DNA of 64,000 nucleotides, taken from Spironucleus salmonicida. Lineage: Eukaryota. Within the stretch, counting starts at the first letter, position 1. Each line of letters opens with the position of its first letter. Where the stretch lies: the NCBI RefSeq assembly GCF_000497125.1, contig NC_090602.1, positions 682,001-746,000 of the forward strand. Reading direction: 5' to 3'. Of the stretch, positions 55,082 through 64,000 are shown piece after piece. Position numbers and translations under genes: made by a program. The notes under the pieces are model-generated. The model made no database searches, was not told the origin of the DNA, and saw only the letters and a list, made by a program, of their open reading frames with translations.

Positions 55082-56890
55082 TTTAATACAGAGGAAAGGG
55101 AAATTTTGAAGTAAATTTGTGTTATAATATATATATAAGAGCTTATTCTTTTAGAAGGACTAAGAAAATGGGATACAATTCATTACGTTTCGTTAAATAA
55201 ATAGGATGATGTATTGATGCTAAATCATTAGATTGTAATAGAAGATATTATTGTATTTTGGAGGTTGTATATATATAAATTTTTATTACCACTAGGTTTT
55301 GACATATATTTATAGTTGTATTATAGTCTACATCAAAATTCTTATTTGGTTTAGACAAATATTAGTCATAGTTCATCAAAATAATACTACTTATTGCTTC
55401 TATCTATCTCATTATGTTTGTGATTTATTTATCATAATTATGTATATAGAGACTGTATTTACCTTTTTTGTTGATTATTGATATCGGAGTCTATAAATAA
55501 TTGCTTATAAAATAGCCTTATATATTAAATATAAAAGTATTTATTTTCTTTTACGTTACTCTGAATACATTGGTAATTTCATCTTTTAATATATAGTTTA
55601 CATTCGATACCTACTAGACCTGATATCTTATAAACACTTTGTACCTAGTTATTGAAACCATATTCCAATATCCTATTTTAAACACTAAAAGAGACATCAT
55701 ACATCTTTTAAAATTTTAATGATATTTATTCTTATTTTCTTTCAATTCATCGTTGTATTTAAAAGTTTTGAGAATATAGATATTCTAATAAGATATTTAC
55801 ATAATGGAGAATAAAAATGTTAGTTAGGTTTTAGAATCTAATTTGTTTCTACAAATACTTAAAATATAATTGATATTTTAGTATCTATATAATTATCACC
55901 CTATAATTTTAATTTATACAATTTTTATTATATATTTAATAAATAGTAGTAGAAATATAGGATATATTGCTTTTTTATAGATTCTTATGACAATTAAGTC
56001 AATATATTTTATAAAATCCATAAAGCTTAATGTAATTCACTATTAACAATCTAATGTCTAAAACTATCCTGAATCATTGCTGCATATGCTATAATCATAG
56101 CTTTATATTATTGTAATTTTGATCTTGTCTATTATTTTCATCTCACTTACTAAGTCTTCTAGTAAAGTTGGCTTAGAAATTAATTTTTATTATTATCCTT
56201 ATTTTAATGTATTGGTTGTGTTATTCAAGGTGATATTCTATTCAAAGCTATGATTATATATCTAATTGATATTTTTATCTATATTTATAACATCTGTGAT
56301 AATTGATGAGACAGCACCCATTTATTATCGAAGGTTCTTATATCTCATATGCAAATATATAATGATAACGTCTACAGGCTATAATTTTTTTTGAATTATA
56401 ATATTATTGTAAATCAGTAAAAAATTTGACGACAATAATATTTTTAAAAACAAAATTACATAGTAATTTACGAAAAAAACGGCCTTAATAATTAATTACA
56501 GTAATAGTCATAATATAAATTATTTTAAATATTAAATTGTTCGAGATAAAATGTTATTTATATGCTAAATTATCTTAATATTTTTATTACTTTCTAAGTA
56601 TTATAAATATATATCATATTCATTGCGTTTGTTTATTTCACCGTAAAATATTAGGAATTTCTGATTTGGTGAAAACTCTTATATATTAGTACTTTAACTG
56701 TAAACTATAATAAAAATTTCACCGGAATCAGTTAGTCTTAGTACCACTATTACTAATATTAACACTAGTTTCCCATTTAAACAAAATTTATCCAAACTAA
56801 ATAATTTACATCCATATTAAAATTATGATTTACTATATAATAATATTAAAATTACCTTTCGCAAAAACTAAACTTCTCACTTCCAAACGC

Positions 56891-57469
56891 TCACTAAATC
56901 CCAGCGAAGTTACCGCGCATGAGGTCGAACTCCACGCGCTCGCTAGAGTCGCATATTTAGATTTTCTGACTCTTCAGGCGAGCAAAGCGCAGAGTTTGCA
57001 CCACGTCCGTCGCGAGACGCCTCGCAGTCTCGGACGCCTTTTAGCTCGCGATTTCTCTAGCAGATACGAGTCGCATTTAATACATCTGCTCATATCCCTA
57101 GTTTTGTGCCTTTTTGTGTATTATTTTCTGCTCTTTTTCCCGTTCGAAATCAAACATCTGGCACTTTTTTGAGTGGATTCTGTCCTACAATTCCGCGCGT
57201 TTCTGGCGGAGTTGGTCCTCCAAGAGGGACTTTCGCTCAGCAAGGTGCTAACTCCGGTTATATGCGTTCACTTACCGCTCTAGTTGTTGCATTTTAACTT
57301 CCTGGAGATAGCTCTCCTTGCGCTCAGCGTTCCGTGCAAGCTTCGTATCCAAGCGGTGCTATCGCTACAGTTTTAGCTAATTTTAGTACTCTTGTACTTA
57401 TTAGAACTTCTAGAACTGCAGGGCAATACCCGTATCGTCCAGGTTGATATTGAGCTTCTGGAATGACAT
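56891..57469 (-). CDS. Hypothetical coiled-coil protein, 192 aa
   Basis: Q/E/R/K-rich table-6 frame ending TAG TGA. Confidence 0.7.
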
Positions 57470-57552
57470 TTTTACAATAAAGCGGTAAGATTATCGTAAA
57501 TATAGTAATTTATGTATAATAGTGTTAATAATTGAGTACATGTTTTGCAAAA

Positions 57553-58098
57553 ATGCTCACCGAAAACGAATTTTATACACTTACTGAACAGGAGCTTATC
57601 ACAAGGCGCGACTCTTTTATTGCCAAAACACAAAACTCACAACCTAATATCTCTACTTTGGGCATAATGTATAAACCGTAGAACATAAAACGCACCTCGT
57701 TCTTACAAGCCGGTACCAGCAAATAAGCGACTCCTGTTTTTTCCAAAAAGGGTATTGACTAGTAAAAACCGTTACAAAAGGAGTTATTTGTGACGTCTAA
57801 AAATGGTAAACTTCTAATTGCTTAAGAACCTAGGAAATAACATTTTAACCCTTCATTAACATCTAATATTCAGCCCGAAAATGAAGGGTTTAGCTCAATC
57901 TATGAGAAATAGTTGTGTTTTCGTTAAAGAAATAATTAAACGTTCAAAAGTGATACTGGAACATTCGAGCTTGAAAAAACTCTGTTTTCTAATCATAAAT
58001 AACCTCAAAACTTCTCCATAAACACTGTATTCTAGCCGGAATTTTGTGAGAAAACGATCCCAACTAAATAAGAATACATAGGAGTAAAGAAAATATGA
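57553..58098 (+). CDS. Hypothetical protein, 181 aa
   Basis: Open table-6 frame MLTENEFYTLTEQEL.., divergent from the neighbouring gene. Confidence 0.6.
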
Positions 58099-58112
58099 AA
58101 TTTGATTTTTTC

Positions 58113-58514
58113 TCATAATTATACATCATTCATATAGAACTCATCATTTTTATTGATAACAACTTTGATTTTATTTACTGGTAAAAATATAACACTAATA
58201 TTTTCAACTCTATCCATGTGTGTTACTTTACTAGGTTTTCTTGATAAGGGTAACGTATTAGGAACATGATTAGACACGATATTACTTCGCGAAGAATTTT
58301 ATTACAAATTTACGCTATTTTATTTGGGTAATGCTGGCTATTATTAAAGTATTTAGGTTACTTCTGTTTCTTACGTCTAAAATTTTGGGTTTTTTAAATG
58401 TTAGGTTGGCAAAGGAGGTAAAATAGGATTCTCTCTTCGCATTGGTTATTTTATTTATTTTGATACCAAGTGCTCCTCCATAACCTCTTTATTTTATGAA
58501 AATAATACGCCCAT
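58113..58514 (-). CDS. Hypothetical protein, 133 aa, with an MGxxxS N-terminus
   Basis: MGVLFSQ start; open table-6 frame. Confidence 0.55.
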
Positions 58515-58661
58515 TTTAATGGAAATAATAATTAGACATATAATTTTTAATATATTTTTTAATTTTTATCAAAAACTAAACTTAGATTAATTAACTTTAT
58601 GAAAAATAAAACCTATAAGAAAAAGTTACACTAAAAAATAAGGTGATTCACTTTTTAATAA

Positions 58662-59312
<651 letters not shown>

Positions 59313-59808
59313 TTATACTAATATTGTATAATTATAACAATTTAGTAAATAAAATGAATCTAGTATACCGTTATTATTAATATCTTATTTATATATGAGA
59401 TAATTTTATAATTATATAAATTATAAATATAGTATATTCATTTTATAATTTATTGTTTAAGTTAATATGTGCTTCAAAATATAAAACATGCGTTCTACTA
59501 AACAAATACCTATGTTTGAGTGCAATCTTTAAAGAACCCTAAGAAGTATTGGATTATACAAATAAGTAAAAATTTATAACAAGGCAATAGATATATTATA
59601 AATAAAAGCTGATAACCAATATTATCTTATCATATTTAACTGAATAAAATAAAAATATATTACTAATTAGTAATAGTATCATTTTGTTCACGAATTTTAT
59701 AGTTTAAATAATTTAATTATTATTAATATTGATACTGTAGTAGCTGAAACTAATAAAAGTTAATTCAAAAATAAGGTTAGTCTACAAACGGCGAACATGT
59801 AATATTCA

Positions 59809-60006
59809 TCACTTGGCGCGCTGGCTGGCCTCGAAGACGGTCCCGCCGCTGCCGCTGCCGCCGAGCCCGCCCAGGGGCATGGTGGCCACGCGCGTGACCT
59901 GGGCGGTGTAGGGCACCAGGCCGTTCTGGTTCTGGAGCTGGGCGAGGTCGCGCGCGAGGGAGTAGGTGGGCAGCTTGAGCAGCTCCTGCTGGCCTCGGGC
60001 AGACAT
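59809..60006 (-). CDS. Small hypothetical protein, 65 aa
   Basis: MSARGQQELLKLPTY..; very high GC3; AAG TGA stop. Confidence 0.6.
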   Translation of the reverse strand: MSARGQQELLKLPTYSLARDLAQLQNQNGLVPYTAQVTRVATMPLGGLGGSGSGGTVFEASQRAK

Positions 60007-60176
60007 TTGGAGGATAGCCCGCCTCTGGGTATAATAGTTATGCTTTTGTAGTGTGGCCAAAATATAACTGCGCCCTGAGTACCCCATTACCAAGTAGCTG
60101 AACCACAAATGTAGAATTCCTTCTCGTATCCATTCAGCATGCGGCGCCGGTCTTGGCCAAGAGCGGCCGTCGCGAA

Positions 60177-61364
60177 ATGCACCACGTGATGCGCGCTATC
60201 TGCCTCCTGCTGGCCGACACCGCGGGCGTGTGCGCCGTCGGGTGCCTGCTCCCGCTCTACTACTACCTCGTGCTGGGGCTCAGCGCGCGGAACCTGCTGC
60301 TGTACGCGCCGACCATCGCGACGGAGGTCTCGGTGCAGTTCGTGTACTTCGTCAACCTCTGCGCCCACCCCCCTCTCGCCGCCTTCCTCCGGCGCCGCTC
60401 CCGGACGGCCGTGTTCCTGCTGCTGCTCGCCGCGTTCCAGGCGCTCGGCTTCGCCTCCACCGGGCTGCAGCTGCTCGCGCTCCGCTACGTGTACGCCGGC
60501 TCCGGGGCGGACGTGTGCGCGATGGTCGGCTTCGGGCAGCTGGTGGTGTTCCTGGCGATGCCCCTGCACGACTTCCTGCTCGGGGGCCGCCTCACCCGGG
60601 GCATGGACGGGTTCTCGGCGAGCGTGTTCAGCATCCTGGCGACCAAGCTCGTGTGGGCCGTCTTCCTGGACCGCACCACGCGCCCCGACTCGCACCTGGT
60701 CCGGGTCGCGGGCTTCCTGCAGTTCTGGCCCATGGTCATCCTGATGCACGACGGCGTCTTCCGCAGCTACCCCGCCGGCGACCCGCTGCAGCACTTCGGC
60801 CTGCACTTCGCGGGCGTGAACTTCATGAGCGCCGTGCTCTTCGCGCTCACCTTCGCCGTGGACGCGGTGGTGAACCGCAGCCACTACGCGGGCGGCTTCC
60901 AGCCCAGCGTGCACGGGCTCTTCAGCTGGCAGTGCGCGACCGTGCTGTGGCTCGCGAGCCAGATCCTCGGCGCCCGGCTATACCCGCTCCTCCCCGTCCC
61001 GTCCCGGCGCGGCACCGCGTTCTGGGCACTCTGGGCCGCCGGCAGCGCGGTGGTGCTGGTGCTGTTCGACGTGCTGCTCGTGCTCTTCTTCAACCTCGTC
61101 GTGTTCGACCTGGTCATCATCGGGGTCCTGGGCGCCGTGGACGCTGACGGGGTGGCCTACAGGACCGGGATGGACCAGTGGGGAACCAGGCCCATGTTCT
61201 TCTTCGGCTTCGGCACTGGCATCATCTACTGCCTCTACCTCACCGCAGCCGGCCTCAGCAAGTCAGGCGCGGCTGGAGCGGACTGCGGGCCGAGCGACGT
61301 GGAGGCGGCAGAGGATCTGGAACTGGAGGAAACCGGTGGCATGGAGGCCGGCGTTGCGCACTGA
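60177..61364 (+). CDS. Multi-pass membrane protein of unknown family, about 395 aa
   Basis: Roughly nine hydrophobic segments, acidic tail, very high GC3. Confidence 0.8.
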   Translation: MHHVMRAICLLLADTAGVCAVGCLLPLYYYLVLGLSARNLLLYAPTIATEVSVQFVYFVNLCAHPPLAAFLRRRSRTAVFLLLLAAFQALGFASTGLQLLALRYVYAGSGADVCAMVGFGQLVVFLAMPLHDFLLGGRLTRGMDGFSASVFSILATKLVWAVFLDRTTRPDSHLVRVAGFLQFWPMVILMHDGVFRSYPAGDPLQHFGLHFAGVNFMSAVLFALTFAVDAVVNRSHYAGGFQPSVHGLFSWQCATVLWLASQILGARLYPLLPVPSRRGTAFWALWAAGSAVVLVLFDVLLVLFFNLVVFDLVIIGVLGAVDADGVAYRTGMDQWGTRPMFFFGFGTGIIYCLYLTAAGLSKSGAAGADCGPSDVEAAEDLELEETGGMEAGVAH

Positions 61365-62314
61365 GTGGCGCGGGTGACAGTTTGTTGAGAAAATTTCAGC
61401 ACGCAGTTATTTAATGAAATAAATTTGATAAAAGTTAAATTAAAATTATAAAATTATTATTTACAACGATTTACTTGTAAAAAGCCTACAATTAGAGACA
61501 AATATAGCAATAGTTTGATAGGGTTATTTCGTTAAATTTATATATAAATAATAAATTTTAATGTGGCTACTGATTAATTATATATTTAACGAAATAATAG
61601 GATATATTTTTGTTTTAACATACATAATAGTTGTATACAAATAATACGATTACACACAATTACATTCATTTAAAAAATGGGTGTTGTAACATCAATTCTA
61701 CATAACAATATTATTTCCGAGATGGCTGTGTATAATGATACGCAATGTTTACATACTAGCAAAAATACCTTTTTAATTAATAATAAGCTACAAACATAGT
61801 CATTAAAAACGTTAACAATAAAATCTGATCGAATATAAATATATAATCTTAGTTCAAGAATTGTTATTGCTCCAATTGGAGAATAAAAATGCAATGTATT
61901 TATTGATAGAGTAAGTAGCAATGATTCTATTAATTTTAAGACTTTAGACACATAATGAGTATATGCTTTTCTTAGATATTCATACAAATAATACGTTTAC
62001 CAGATAAAATCTAAGTGAAACATTACTTTTAATCTTATTTAATAGGTAAACAAATAGTTATTAGCACTTTTACGATGAATAAATTTTAAAAATTATTATC
62101 TGTAATCATAAATATGATTTTATTCAACCTAATAATTTATTAAATATGGTTATCTAGTTATAATAAATATTAAAATGAAATAGAGTTATTTCTACAATTT
62201 ACAAGATTCAATACTAACATTGTTTGTATTCTCATATAAAGAACCTAGAGATGCCTGAATATAATATTAGATATTGCTAAAAATGCCATATCTAATTGAA
62301 AAACTAAAGTTTAG

Positions 62315-62647
62315 TCACACATATTCTTCCTCTTCCTCAATCCCTAGTAAATTCTATAGCCTCATTGTGCTCATTTTAATATAGTTGGCATTAAGTTTTT
62401 CCTCAACAAAGCCATCCTAGAAATTATTCTCAAGAATATCTGTTAGTGAATTGTTGATACTCAAACCCCTAACCAAATCTGATTGATTGATCAATTTTGA
62501 AGATTGTACCTCTTCAAGCATTGCAATAGAACCTTGCTTTCTCATTATCAATGATTTTGTGTTATTTCTTATAATTACCCTCTCCGCTGGTTGACTGATG
62601 TTGACCACTCTCTAAGAGAGTATTTACGTTTGAGTACCGAGTCCCAT
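62315..62647 (-). CDS. Hypothetical protein, 110 aa
   Basis: MGLGTQTQ..EEEEEYV table-6 frame. Confidence 0.6.
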
Positions 62648-62891
62648 TTTTAAATTATAATTTACACAATATACTAAATAAGAATACCTGAATATCAAGT
62701 CCCTCACCTAATATTCATAAACTAATAAGCGATATCACAGTCCTAACCCCCAATTTGTACCAATACAAAAACTAATAAAAAACATCAATACTTGTGGGAG
62801 TATCATAATAACTAAAGTTAAAAATTCCAACTTCCCACTTACTTTTGATCCTATTTATATATAATATTATCAATAATCTTTCTACTAAATC

Positions 62892-63143
62892 ATGAGCCTT
62901 TTTTCCTGCTGTAAAAAGAAAACCCGGCCGATGTCGATGGTGTTCTGCCCGTCAGCACCTGAGTTCGCAGGCCGCATATCCGTAGTATCCGACGACGGAA
63001 AGGACGTTCTCATGCGACACTTCGAGTATGAGGAGAATACAGACGATTTTGACACTTTCAAAGTTCCGTGCGAGGCCGATAAGCTTTTATAAAAGGTACC
63101 AGAAAAAGTAGAAAGCCGGAGCTCGGTATTGGACGATAAATGA
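62892..63143 (+). CDS. Small protein, 83 aa, N-terminus MSLFSCCKKK
   Basis: Track ORF extended through TAA to TGA. Confidence 0.65.
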
Positions 63144-63697
63144 CCTACGGCAGCAACGAAATCCTAGATTTAATTTGGAAGTGAGCGGTGAGCTTTATGA
63201 TTTTCTTATCACAGCACCCATTACATCAGATATGCTCTACACAAGGGCGCTGTAGACGGTGGAAAGCCACATTTTGGCATTCAAAATCACATAGCTCGGC
63301 GTTCTAAATGTATAATAATCAATAAAATTAGTAAAGGAATTATATTCATTCTACGCGGTTGCGGGCAATTTTGCGACGTGCGAAACCGCGCGGAGCGGTC
63401 CCGGCAAGCCTTGCGATCTGCTGCGTGTTTTTAATTTTCCAAATTCGGGCTGTAGCGCAAAGTTTGTATTACCGGAAAATGCAGATATTGCGAGAAACCG
63501 AAAAACTTAAAAATCGCAATTAGTCCCTTAAATCAAATATAACTTATATTATGTTAAAAGCGGTTTTACTTGTTGGGTCCTTTAGACGTGCAATGTGGCC
63601 AATTGTATACTCCAGGAAGTTACATTTAAAAACATTAAAAAAGGAATCTGTGATAATACTCTAATTAGCGTATTTTACGATCCTGAAAAAATCAGAA

Positions 63698-63982
63698 ATG
63701 GGCGTCCTGACTACGGTGCTGACCACGGAGGATCCGGTCTAAAGCACGCTCCAGACTCTTCCCAGCTCCGCGAAGCTGCGCAAAATAGATGTATAGGCCC
63801 CCGGGGCCATGCAGCGCAATTAGACGTTTCTGATCAAGTCCGCATCGCCCATCAGCCCCACTGGGAGCAGTCTTATTCAGCTGTTAGATCGCTTCGAGCA
63901 TGTTGATAGCGTCTACAGCAACACGTCAACGGCGTTCAAAATTCTGGACTTGGAGGGAGTTTTTGAAGTGAAAATGGTGTGA
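63698..63982 (+). CDS. Hypothetical protein, 94 aa
   Basis: MGVLTTVLTTEDPV..; codon-like GC3 bias; TGA stop. Confidence 0.6.
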
Positions 63983-64000
63983 TATAATGGTGGAAAAGCG

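Overview
Eukaryotic protist DNA, most likely a hexamitid diplomonad (Spironucleus/Hexamita/Trepomonas-like; the species cannot be determined here). TAA/TAG encode Gln and TGA is the only stop (table 6), so the supplied ORF track is fragmented. I re-read the genes by hand; they appear intron-less. Recognisable genes: carbamate kinase, an ankyrin/coiled-coil protein, a DHHC-family palmitoyltransferase (DHYC variant), Myb-like proteins, cysteine-rich membrane proteins, two CEP78-like LRR paralogs, a SHIPPO/ODF3-like protein, an MFS transporter, a CFAP161-like protein, a calmodulin-like protein, BPI-like proteins, an ABCC transporter, CCT6 and Rab2. The dominant structure is four consecutive large near-identical inverted repeats (arms about 2.25, 5.3, 1.1 and 5.7 kb; about 45% of the window). 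Their edges fall inside genes, coding sequence in the arms is GC-rich, and colinear but diverged homology continues past the outer edge of IR2. This suggests old palindromes kept identical by arm-to-arm gene conversion. Coordinates were counted by hand and may be off by a few bases.
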